NCBI GenBank assembly: GCA_020536535.1
Contig: JAHLWZ010000530.1
Coordinates: forward strand, 124,001-188,000
Reading direction: 5' to 3'
Length of the DNA: 64,000 bases
From: Pelomyxa schiedti
Taxonomy: Eukaryota > Protista > Evosea
Shown piece by piece: positions 1 to 11,811 of the stretch. The notes under the pieces were generated by a model. It was not told where the DNA came from and ran no database searches. It was given only the letters and a program-made list of their open reading frames with translations. Numbering within the stretch: the first letter of the stretch is position 1; each line of letters begins with the position of its first letter. A program made the translations under genes and the position numbers.

Positions 1-121
1 CTTCAAGTGGATCGGCTTTGATGTTGTTTCGACACACCTCTTCGGGGGTCTCAACACACCAAACACTGTCACGCCTGAACAAATGGCTGAAGTGGCTGCA
101 GCAGCACCCAAGTTACTCTAA
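1..121 (+). CDS. 3' end of a gene truncated by the window edge; product unknown
   Basis: Frame from nt 2 reads FKWIGFDVVSTHLFGGLNTPNTVTPEQMAEVAAAAPKLL* with TAA at 119-121; convergent with the next gene. Confidence 0.35.
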   Translation, partial: FKWIGFDVVSTHLFGGLNTPNTVTPEQMAEVAAAAPKLL

Positions 122-209
122 CAACACCCCGCTGAGGAGATTGAACAAAATTAGTTGAAAAATCTATGGTTGTTTGAAAAGAACCAGCCACTCCTCAACA
201 ACAATTAAT

Positions 210-3200
210 TTATTGGTTTCTTACATCCAAAGTGAACAACAGGGCAGAAGAGTCCTCAACGAGCACACCAAAGTGGCTGAATTCCTTCTCTGTTGTACGG
301 CCGAAGTTCACAACGCACCTGCACCCCACCACAACAACAGGCGCGCTTCCTGTTACCTTCTTCCTCCCCATGTCTCTTACTCTTGCTTGCACTCTGTAGG
401 ATCCAGCCTGTGCCGTCTTGAGAGTGTACTCCCATGGGCCCATCCCAACCGAACTTCCTCCTGACATCCTCCCACCAATTGCAGTGTGATTGTGCCACAT
501 GCTGCAACACTCACCCGATGGTTCGGTAACCTTCATTTCAACGTCATAGTCCTCACAGTGAGCCCACATTATCACACGGAAATCGAGTTCCGGCACAGAA
601 GAAAGCCCTTCTTGATCATAGGATTGACTTGGTATTGAAGGGTTTGATGAGGCCGTATGGCAAATCAAATCCAACTTTGCACTAACCTGCAGACCAAGGT
701 TAGCCGGCTTGCACCTTGTCTCACCTGAAGCCATGGATTGCAGAACTGATACTGCTTCAGCAACAGCACCGCTGCTTCTGTCATTTCTCGATTCTTGCAT
801 TCTCATGCAAGTAATGGCAGCATGATATGAATATTGCGGCTGCAATTTTCTCAGAGAAGAAGAAGCCCTCCACGCTTTGTGAGCTTGTGTCCACATCCCC
901 AGTGCTTGGAATACTGTTCCAAGAGCACACAACGGCTGAACCTCACCAGGGAAGTGCTCCGCAATATTGCTGAGAACCCGGCATGCAGCCTCCCACTGAC
1001 CAAGTGAGGAAAGGTACAGTGCACTCCCAATGATAAACGCATAAATTGGCTGACCTATCTGAATCACATAGTTATACAGGTTTGGATACATCCGAAGCAA
1101 AGATGAAATGTCTTGGGTTCCTTGGCGTGAGAGTAAGTTGGAGCAGCTGGGAGCACACTGTGTGGCTGAAGTGAGTCTATAAGCAACAACTTTTCTCCCA
1201 AACGGGCTCTCAATCTCCATCCGGCCGTTTTGCTCTGGTACATTGCCCGCATAGCCAGGGGTAACATCGTCATCAAGACTTCTTCTCTTCAGAGGCATTT
1301 GGCTAAGCTCATCACCGAATATATCTGTCCGTTTTGCTGCGAAAGACTGTAGGTTAAGGCTACATATATGTGCGCTGGAGATGCGTGGTGCGGAAGTGAC
1401 CTGGCAATAGCTCTCATCAATTGGTAATAGACATGTTTGGATGTCAGAACCAGTGCTGGTGCTGTTACCAACAGTTCCTCTTGGAGGGGAAACAGTATTA
1501 CAACGAGACCTTTTCCCCCCTCTACGACGACTCTTTGGTTGTACTTCGGGGGGCGGCGTGATTTGCTCTCTGCTTCTTTCATGTGCTAAAAAGAATTTTT
1601 CAGCTTGGTGAAGGCTCGCTGTGTGCCATGATTTCTTTGAAAGGAAGTTTTCTTGTATTGGGAGTCGTTGTGGTTGAGGGGTGAAAACAGGCCGGTCATC
1701 AATATCCTGGCTATATCTGGCCAATAGTGCATCACTCCTTGTTGTGAAACCCACAGCACCACGCCCCAGTGAGGCTTTGTATCCAGGAGGGGGTGTTTGT
1801 GATGCCCATCGAGAAGACGGAGCTGGCATTATTGTTGGAGGATGGTAGGCTTCTGTTGTGTCAGACAACATGCAAAGAACCTCCGCATTACTAGGAAGGC
1901 TTCTTTCCTGGGGAGGACCGACATCAGACCCATCTGCAAAGTCAAATTTGTATCCTCGGCCAGAGTAGCCATACGGTTTATACTCTCCCGAATCCCGCTC
2001 ACGTGTCATTTGAGTTTCCTTGGGAGGAGAACTGGCCTCAGCCGTATCTGCCAAGTCAAACTGGAATATGCTCCCAGAATAGTCAGATGTTCGAGACTCT
2101 CCCAACCCCTGATTGCATGTCATCATTTGAGATTTCAAAAAGGAGGCAGGCTTAACCTTACTCTCACGCAGGATTGACTCAGCCGTTATCTGGATTGGTG
2201 GCAGGGCTTTATCCTTCACCCTTCTGGGAATTTGAGCAGGGGCGAAATCAGGAGGAAAGTATTTTGTAAGTGTTGGAGGTGCTTTAGGTACTTCCATTGG
2301 GAGAGCAGCAAATTGAAATGGGTAGCCTTGAGGAGAGGAGGACATTGGCAGAGGAGGCTGACCTTCCACCACCGATGACGGAATTATTCTAGATATCTTA
2401 TTGGGGGGTTCGTTGAAGTCCGTTGAAGGGATTAACAATTCCTCCCGTGAAACAAGATCTGAGTGGAAATATAATAGCTGAGGTTGTTTTGCTCTTCCAT
2501 CATATTCGTTTGAGAGCCATTTGCAGAAGTGCTTCCATAAAGTGGCTGCAACTGTTTTGGATTGAGTATTCAGTTTTTCGTTTCTTTGTTGCTCTTGATT
2601 GGCGCGCAGGTTTGTTGTTCGCCAATACTCAGCGCGAACAAAAGGCATGGAAGGTGGAGGTGGAATGTGATGCTTCAGAAATTGCTCAAGTGTGCGTAAC
2701 ACAATGAAGGAGCACTCGGGGGCACAGAGATTGTATTGTTTGCAAACATCTTTCAGAAGTTCACTCTTGGTTTGACGCAACTGCTCGATTTTCAGCATTG
2801 CCCACCTCCTTCCCAATACAATTCCGAATTGATCTTCGTTGTACATACTTTGGCTAGGGAGAGAAAATGCCACCCTCTGATCGATTCCGCATGGAGAAAA
2901 ATCGACTTGAAGAGTTCCGGGTGTGGCATACTCGTCAAACCGCCCATATATCACATGCGGGGTGCAATGGGACACTTCGGACTGCAACGCCTGTGCAGAT
3001 ACTCCTTGGAGTATAATCTTTGGATTTGCCATCCTTCCTGTCAGGCATTCTACAGCATCCGCCGCTGTGCAGTTAGATAGATCGAGGTATCTACCGTTGT
3101 TTTGATGGGCTATCTTTCGTAAAATCAGGTCACTGTACTGTTCCGTGGCAGAGCAGTCGCACAAGCAATGAGTCACTGCACCGAAAGAAAGATTCTCATC

Positions 3201-4580
3201 ATTTCCTGAAACAGGCAAAGTGTCCACTCCATCTGAGAAGAGGATCCAAGAACTGTACTCAGGTGACTTACTTCTGCACCATGTTGCGACCTGGTTCAAA
3301 TCAGTTGCACCGGAATAGGTCAGTGACGAAATCAAGTCTGCCAAGTTTTCAGGCTGCACATCAGAGGCCACGTGCCGCACCTCAATGTCGAACCTGAAGA
3401 GATCCAGCTGAGCCACATATTGCAAGGCCAAATTCTTGACCAAGTCTAGCTCAGAGGAGTGTGACGCCTGAACTCTACTGTAGGAGGTATCCCAAAGAAT
3501 GCCTATTCGAGTCAATTCTTGATTGTTGGAAGAATTATTAGATTTGAGAGCAGTGGGAACTGCAGTGCAAGCGCACATGAAGAAGTAATCATTATCTCCC
3601 ATAGATAGAAGAGGTCTTGACCACTCCACTGCAAGAATGCACTGAGGTATAGAACTCACAGAAAAGTCAAGACAATTCTCAGTCACTGCAGCTGGCAAAT
3701 CCATTGGAGATATCTTCACGGATGCTTCAGTCCAAGAGCCCCGGTGAATGAAACGTAGTGGGGAATTCACTGATGCCGGATTCACAATGGGAATTATCTC
3801 TGAGTTTGTTGAGCAATCTAAAATACAGTCCACTCGAGTGGACATCTCCAAAGACTGCAAATCCTTGTGCTCGGAAAGGTCAAACGGGAGGGCATATAAA
3901 GCCGAATTCGTAGTTCTTTCAAATCTCAGTTGCTGTGTGTACCTCACCGAAATCTGTAATCAAAAATAAGAATCAGCCTTCAAATATGTTGGTACTTTCT
4001 TATTCCTTTACACTCAATGCATTTATTATCGAAGATAATTGGTGAGTGGCTGTGACGAAAATACAAACAAACAAACAAACAAACAAACAAAACAAACCTT
4101 TGTTGGCAGAGCGGCTATTATTGGGAACACCTTGCACTCGTACACATTCGACGCGGCCACGTTCGCGGAAACCGCCGCGCCCTCCCCCCCGGCCCGGTGC
4201 TCCTCCTCGTACGCCTCCCTGGCCTCCTCCGCGTCCACCACCGCCGCCTCCCACGTCGCCCCGTCCCTCGCGTCCGTCACGCTGTACCCGCACACCGTCC
4301 CCGTGGCCGGCAGCGGCACCCGCAGCGTGCCCTCTCCCTCCCCCTCCGCCTCCGCCTGCTCCCCCGCTGGCTCTTGGTGAGCCTGCTGCTGAGGCAGCCA
4401 CGTGGTGGTCAGGCTGGTCTCGGCCGCGAGGAGGCCGACGACGCGCACCGACACACTGAGGCCAACCAGGGACATGTTGCATCGTGAGGGCGTTGTGAGG
4501 CTGAGCCTCGGTCTCTTACTGCTCATGCTCTTCATTTTAATATGCTGTTGTTGTCGTTCCACAACCGTTTTTTCTCGCAT
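210..4580 (-). CDS. VIT-VWA-(disordered insert)-TPR-DUF2135/YfaP-like protein, 2 exons
   Basis: Exon 1 (4580-4098) has a VIT signature (EGTLRVPLPATGTVCGYSV...AAVVDAEEAREAYEE...VFPI). GT-AG intron 4097-3954 joins in frame (PTK|ISVRY). Exon 2 has a VWA MIDAS-like ILWDTSYSR, GATDL and LFSDG, then TPR-like helices and a DUF2135-like C-terminus (DFRVIMW..DVEMKVTEPSGE..GGRMS..GMGPWEYTLK.A..GSYRV). Confidence 0.85.
4064..4097. repeat. (CAAA)n microsatellite at the 5' end of the intron
   Basis: Direct reading of tandem caaa units. Confidence 0.85.
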
Positions 4581-4683
4581 TTCTTTTTTTGTGGTGAAAA
4601 GAAAATTCCCCTACGCACACTTGTGATGACAAGGAATATTCACCTTGGGTCATAAGCTTACAATTTAATTGGGCTTTGTCAAA

Positions 4684-7329
4684 TCACCAATGATAAAGAC
4701 AAAATGAAGAGGCGTCAAGGGAGGGAGGGATGCACTTCAGGCAGTAGTCAATGTCTTGCTGTCTGTCTGTTACACTGTAGCCACCAGCTAGCTTCACTCC
4801 ACAAACGTCACATGAAAAGTCAGAGCGGATTACCTTAAACCTGTGCTGCTGCAGCGGGTGTGGGTGTAGTTCAGCACAGTTGCTGTGGCATTTGTCACAC
4901 AGGTCATACTCACATTGCTTGCATGACCAACTGCTCCCTGTGTTGACAACGCGGCCGCAAATGTGACACGTTGTGGTTCCAGGTCTGATCCAGGTGCTTC
5001 TGACAGGTGGCTCTTTTTGTACAACATCCACTGGGAATTCCAAAATTACTGCATCATTCATTTTGGTGGAAATTTCAACAGAATACAATCCAGGAGGAAC
5101 TGATGTTACAATACAAACTGCATTCCAAATGGAGCCACTTGGGCACTGCAGCCACTGCACCTGTAGTGGTGAAGTGTGAGATTTTAGCTTGAGAAACTAG
5201 CTACTTACTGTTTCAGCACCACTACGACTCATAAGCACAGCATCAACCTCTTGAGGGCCAATACACCTTCCTGACCAGTTGGAAAGGCGCAAGAAAAAAA
5301 GTACCTGTTGGTGATTGTCGATAATAGTCTGCTCCGCTATCACGTAAGGAACCACGCTTTTGAAGAGAGAATGCTTTTCAGGACCATACTTTGCAAAGAC
5401 TTCAACTTCAGTCCCAACAAGCGCAACATTCAGTAGGCTGCTGTAATCCCATCTTGTGACATAGGAAGAAGAGGGGCCTCCTTGAAAAGGGATGGTTCCA
5501 CCAGATTCACAGCTTCTTATTTCCACTTTTGGAGGTGTGTCACAAGGTGGTTCGGAACCAATCTGAAAGGAGAAACTTTTCCCGGGAGGAGAAATCAACA
5601 CTGGGATTGTATAATTCAATTCCAGAGTGGAGCCAACAGAGGCTTCAATATTTTCGGGCCCAGTCACTTTGATGATAGTTGCTCTCCTGATTGGGCCCTC
5701 AGGTAAAGGCACAATTCTGGAGAGAAATCGGTTTTGGAAATTCAGGTGGTACTCCTGAGTGATACTATTTCGGTCCCCGATTGTGTATTCTGTTTTGCAG
5801 TTGAGAAGAGAAAGCCGGGATGTACAACAATACCAATAAAACAAGTAACTTCGAGAGGGTCATCAATCCTAACGGGAGTTGCCATTCCAGTGTGCAGGTG
5901 CCTGACAGTTGCATTCGCTATCTGGGGTTTTTTTGGGTTTATTGATGCAGTTTATTGTATGAAACCGCACCACTTTTATGGTGCTCTCAGGGGAAACGTA
6001 CACCTAGTGCTGGGTGTGAATGAAACGGTTTATTGGAGTTAGAACTACTAGTTTGAAATCAACACGGAACCTCTTGGGTGAGTGAAGGAGATACGATTTT
6101 CCATCCACGTGAATATCTATTTGGGAATATTGTCACTCACTTGAGTGAAGAAGAGTTTTGGGTGCGTGCACACACCAACCCATTCTGCATCATTAAGGAA
6201 GCATTCCAACTTTTGTGTGCCAGTGTTACGTTCATGCCTGACAATAGGTGCACGGTGACACTCTGGTGGTCCATATTCAAAGGTGATGTTCCAGAATCGT
6301 TTTCCTTTGCTGTGAAGTATCACCCTGCGGTTGGGTTTTCGTGTAACTGTACGACCAGGACAGTCAAAGTGACAGCATGGCGGCGCTGTGGTGGTAGTCA
6401 TTTGTTAGTGGCCACCAAAATAGGAAAGACACACTATTTGTTGACGTCATGGTCGAGTTCCCAACGTTGTAACTTGATGGAGTCCAGCTCTTGATGGCCT
6501 TCCACGACACGCTAAAATTGTGGGGCCTAATGAAGCGCTGCTCCTCTGAGATGTATATCAGGGCACAAAAAGCTTTGTACAAAGTCTTCCACAACCCACC
6601 CCCACTGTAGGTAGGCTGGCTAATACTGACTGCAGGAGCGTCTTGGTGAGATAGGAACAAAGTATGCCACAAAGGATCAGAATCGCACACCCTCCTCATG
6701 TAACTGCAGGTGCTCGACAGCGAGAGAGCCAGCTGGACAGCCAGCCCGACGGCGCGGGAGGTGGCCCCAACCGCCTCGATCGTGAGCCTCACGGCCTCGC
6801 CCACCGCGGCCAAGTGCATGCCGTAATCCGCCCTCCAGGGCTCCTCGGAAGAATCGCCGCCGGGGGCCGTGGGTTCCGAGGAACCGGGCGAGACCGGGCC
6901 CGCTGTACGGCACTCGCGCGGCGCGACGCTCACTTGGCTGGTGGGTGGCGGGCGTTGCTGCGGGCGTTGGGACTCGCGGTAGTCGTAGTTCGGTATGAGC
7001 AGAACTGTGTCGCTTAGGTGCATGCCTGGCGATATGCGGTCTGCAAACGAGACGGTTCCCGGAGGTGCCGCGTACGCCGCGGCCGCGACGACCCACACGT
7101 CCGCGCAGGGCAGACGCGCGTACGTTGGCACTGTGACGCGTAGATGAACGAGAGGCGTGGCACCGCCGAGAAGGCCCCCTGTATCTGCTGCAGTGCTGGT
7201 GGGGGATTGTTGTCGTGTCGTGCTAATGATGTGCATAACTGGATCAAGGGGCGGAGGTTTGGGTGAAGCCTTCAAAGCAGAAAACACGAACTGTGCCGAG
7301 GTAGATTGGGTTGGGATAGTGACCACCAC
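4684..7329 (-). CDS. Multi-exon protein with an F-box-like segment and C-terminal ZZ/C1-like zinc fingers
   Basis: Colinear ORFs 6364-7329, 6117-6401, 5197-5844 and 4684-5160. F-box-like LSLSSTCSYMRRVCDSDPLWHTLF. C-terminal CHICG..WSCKQCEYDLCDKC..HPHPL and CDVCG..DIDYCLKC. Start uncertain. Confidence 0.6.
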
Positions 7330-8855
7330 ACTGTGAGGTGTGCTGGGGTGTTGATGGTTGTTGTTTTACTTGTGTAGTAAGGGAGAAAGAAGCCCGAATA
7401 CAAACACAAGAGTTTATTGTTTATTACTTTAGCTTTTTGCTTGCTATAACTACGATGGTGTTGTTCCCGCCTTATAAAGGCGCTAGAATCAGTTCTAGGT
7501 GTCGCCTGGATCTCCCTCAGGGTCCCAACAGATTCGCAGTAGTTTTCCCAGAAATCCATCAGTGATTAGAACCGTACTTAGAACTACAGCGACGCGAAGT
7601 CACCTCGCCACACGTGCCGTCTCTGCTTTTGGCCGAGATAACACCTCGGAAGTGGGCAGTAGATTATGGGTTCGGCTGCCGATGAACGAGGAGGACAGTA
7701 AGAACACCACGCTGACCGGTAGACGTGCTGTAAGCGGCATTGTGGTCCGTCGGTGGCTCATCGTCTCATCCGCGCCAGGGTCCAGTCGCAGATCTGTTAA
7801 ATACCACAAGTTTCCCACAATTTGAAATTTTCTCCTGGGAAGTGGTACCGCGGGTGCCATAACAAAAAAAACCCTCTTTTCCACAACACCACACAACAAC
7901 AAATAAAAACAACAAACTCTAAACAACAAATACCACTTACACCAAGTCACAGTCATTTCCGCCATCAAAACCAACACCAAGTCTCACCAAACAACAAACT
8001 CCCACATCAACCCTACTACATACACCCCTTGCAAAGAGTCAAGCACAATCACAGTCAAAACCTCCCCACATCTTGCAAAGAGTCATCAAGCACAATCACA
8101 CCAAGTCTCATCACAAATTCCTGATAAGTTGAATGAGAGCCGCCCCTGCGTATTGTGGCTTTTGTGAAACTAGGACCTGCGAAGTTCTATGATGTAGCTT
8201 GGAGGTTGCATAGTTGAAAAATGACATAGATTTGAACCCTCTTAAGCTCTAACTTAACCCACTATTGATTTCTTGGGCCAACACTGCATTGTTCCCCGTG
8301 ACACTAAGGTACCTTTGCCGCAAGAATTTGAAAAAATACTCTTTTAGATGCAACATTCTTGTGGACCATTACCCCGATGGGGTGCGCAAGTACGATTTCA
8401 GATTGCTGTTGTGACCGAGTATTCCGATTTGAGTTTTCTGCTGGGAAAGGCAAGGAGCACTGGGGTGCCCCAGGGAACATACCGCCAGAACTTCTGTTGA
8501 ATACTGCAACAAGCGCCTCTGCCGTACACAACGCAGCAGATACACCTGAAGCCACCAACACTTCGGCTCCGCCGCACCCTCTTGCAGAACAGTTTTCTAA
8601 CGCAAAGCCGAAGCCGATTCCTATGCGGCAGCCAGAACTTTCTGGCTGCTGATGTGCGAAGATCCCGAGAGTACTCAGCAAGGGTTGCCACCACACAACT
8701 GATGGAGACATACCGTGTCCCTGCTGGAAAGTCTTCGGCTCACAGACTTTCGGAAAAGACTACTATCTCTGCCGAGAAGCTCCGCACCAAAAAAAACAAA
8801 CGTCGAAAAAAAAACCACCAAATTGAACCATCAAATAAAAAAGACTTCGTGGAAA

Positions 8856-11796
8856 ATGTCCCTGTTGTGTGTTGCAACAGCCACAACCTCTGCGGAGGTG
8901 CCGGGGTTTAATGCCAAAAACTCCAACTTGGAGCGAGACGCCACGGACCTGGCGCGCGGCGTGCGCCCCGACGGGCTCGCCGCGTCGGTCGCGTGGGACG
9001 CCCTCGAGGTCGACAAATACGACGGCGCCGACGCGCGGCCCCACGTCCCCATGCGCAAGCGAGCGCCGGGGTGCGACCACGACGTGCACAACGGCGCGGC
9101 GCTCTCCCAGATCCGCGGCACCTTCCGCCCCGGCACCGTCACCCCAGGCGAGTACCTCGTGTGCTGGCGCATCCACCTGGAGCACAAGGACGACGACACG
9201 GGCGATGTGGCCAGCAGGAAGCCGGCCCACCACGCCGAGAAGGGAGACGAGGAGGGCGTGCTGTGCACGGTGGGCACAGCGGGGCCCGCGGCGTCCCTCG
9301 AGTGCCCCTCTAGCGTGTGGCTGCCGCCTGTTCTGTCCAAGGGGGGCCAGGGCCGACCCGCAGCGCCCTCTGCTACTTCCAGCACCAGCACCAGCACCAG
9401 CAGCACCAGCACTAGCGCTAATGGTTCCGCTGCGGCGCCTGGGTCTGGGGCAGTGTTGGAGGAGGAATGGCGGGCACTTGTGATTCCATGCAAGGTGGTC
9501 GTGGCGGGGAGGGAAGCCGTGAGGGCGTCACTGTCGGACATGAGAGGTAATTATGGGCTTGGTTTTTTTGGGGGGTTTTTTGTTTTCCAACAATTTTGGC
9601 TGCAAAGGTGGTATATCACATTTACAGTAACTCCTTTAAGGTAGCACACTGAGTGGTTTGTCATTTGCATCTCTGCATCTCCTGAGATGGGACATATTCA
9701 CTGCTCTGGTATCTTTATTGCTTTCTATCTTTTTTTTTTTTTTGTACCAACAATGTCCAAATACAGCCGTACAAATGTGGCCTTGATGCAAACGACTTCG
9801 CAGAGTGCAGGGACCTTTACAAACAAGGCAGGAAAGCTGAAGAGAATAAAGAATACAACTCTGCTTTGAGGTTTTTTGATGATGCCAGGACAAGGTTGAA
9901 TGCACCTTGCAAAAGATGCAGATACAAAGGGTGCTCATCCTGGGAGCTGGAATTTCGTCGTGATTGCCCCTGTATCCAGGTTGGTGCATCCCTCATTGCT
10001 TGGCGAGCTTGGTCTTTGGTGGCTCTAGCTAAGTATGAAGAAGCTCTGGTTGCAACAGATGAGGCAATCAGGATGTGGCCTCATGTTGATGTTCATGCAA
10101 CAAAGGCAGCTGCCCTAATCGCATTGAAGAGATATGAGGAGGCTGTGAAAGAATCAAATTCAGCCATGATGCAAGAAGGGAAATGGGACCTCTTCTCAAA
10201 AATGTCTCCTTCTGGAATACCAAGAGAGCAAATTCGTACCATGTCTGAAATACTCGCTAACAAGTGCTTTGCGCTTCATTGTTTTAGCAAAACAGAGGAA
10301 GCACTTGCAACGTTGGAACTTGCTGAGACAATTTCTCCCGATTTTCCAGATATTGCTAAATTACGACAACTATTATCACCAGATGGAAAATCGTCCTGGA
10401 AGGGCGTTGCGTGCGGGAGTGGGAACGAGAGCACAGCATCAGCTACAATGACCCCGTCACAGGGGTCACAAGAGTGCGCAGAATTCCTACAAGCAAACAT
10501 GGGACCGCTTAGGACATGCTGTAATATCCAAGAGTTCCAACACCCCAAATACAAAGGATGTGGCAGTTTCTCTGTTGTGTTTAAAGCTAGGCACCCTTTT
10601 CTTGACGGTTTTCTCTGCCTTAAAATTTTGATCACTATGGAAACGGAATCTGATTCCGCTACTGACTTGTGGAGGAGGTGTGTCCTACCTTCGTTTTAGA
10701 GGATTAACCTGATTTCAGGAAGATAAGTGAAATGGGTAACCTTTCACGACTACCTTGTAACAGTCATATATTGACCCCTTTATCTGCCTTCTTTGGATCC
10801 CTACCAACCAGTTGGAGCGATCAGATCTCTGGTTTCATTTAACTACATGCCAACATTCAAGTTAACACGTTATATTAGCTCCTGAATGGGCTCGGCTATG
10901 TAAAACTCGTACAAAATGCTTAATTTTTCTGATGCGTTATGGAGGTTTTACTGACTTTAGATACTTAATTTCATACATTTTACATTTCCTCATACAAACT
11001 ACAATCCAACTTTTTGCAGGCAAACCATTAGACAAGTGGTGTAGTAAGTATAAGCTCGATAAAGAAGACTGGTCCTGCCTTTTCAAGCAAGTCTTAGAAG
11101 CTCTGGGGTGCTTGGCCAGGAACTCTATTGTTCACCGCGACCTCAAGGTACTTTTCCCGTCCCAATGAGTAATGATATCACCCTTTGCTCTAGAGTTCCA
11201 ACATTCTCGTGAGTGGTACTCCACACGACCTCCCTCCACATATCCCCCTCTGTCTGCGGATAATTGATTTTGGCATTTCCATTAGGACCACGGGTGAAGA
11301 TATGTGCTACCCACTTGGCAATGATGAAGCCCGATGGGGGTGTCCCTTGACCGTTCCCCCTGAGATTGCGCAGCTACAAAAAACCTTAGCTCCCCCCAGC
11401 CCTTGGCTACCCACAATGACTGCCATATGCGCATCCGCCGCATCACCCACACCTACTACTACACCCACGCCGGCACCACCAGCGTCCACATCCACACCTA
11501 CACCTGCAACGATCAGTACCCCGACATCATCCTCTGCACCACCAGCAGCAATCCCCCTCACCCACGTTTCCTACGCCAAGGCTGATTCCTACGCCGCCGC
11601 TGTCACGTTCTGGAAGGAGATGTCTGAGCCCTGCAAGGTCTTCTCGCCGGCATCACCCCCCCCACTGTGGCCACACCTCAGGGGTGGACAACTCGAGGCT
11701 GTATTGACTGCCATGATGCTACCCGACCCTGTTGACAGGATGTCAGCAACTGCCGCACTGCAGAAGCTCAGACAGACCACTGTGGACCAACTTTAA
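8856..11796 (+). CDS. TPR-containing Ser/Thr protein kinase, multi-exon
   Basis: TPR helices (ALAKYEEALVATDEAIRMWP; ALKRYEEAVKE); kinase motifs GCGSFSVV, LCLK, VHRDLK (~11130), IIDFG, PPE, YAKAD, DPVDRMSA. Linkage of the 8856-9546 exon is inferred. Confidence 0.75.
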
Positions 11797-11811
11797 CAAC
11801 CAGTAAGGGGC

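Noticed and set aside
2090-2150. G-patch-like motif (FLKSQMMTCNQGLG) in the bait region
   Set aside because: Only the GLG matches; the key G-W/aromatic positions are absent.
7500-8711. Short ORFs on both strands between divergent genes
   Set aside because: No recognisable motifs or consistent exon chain.
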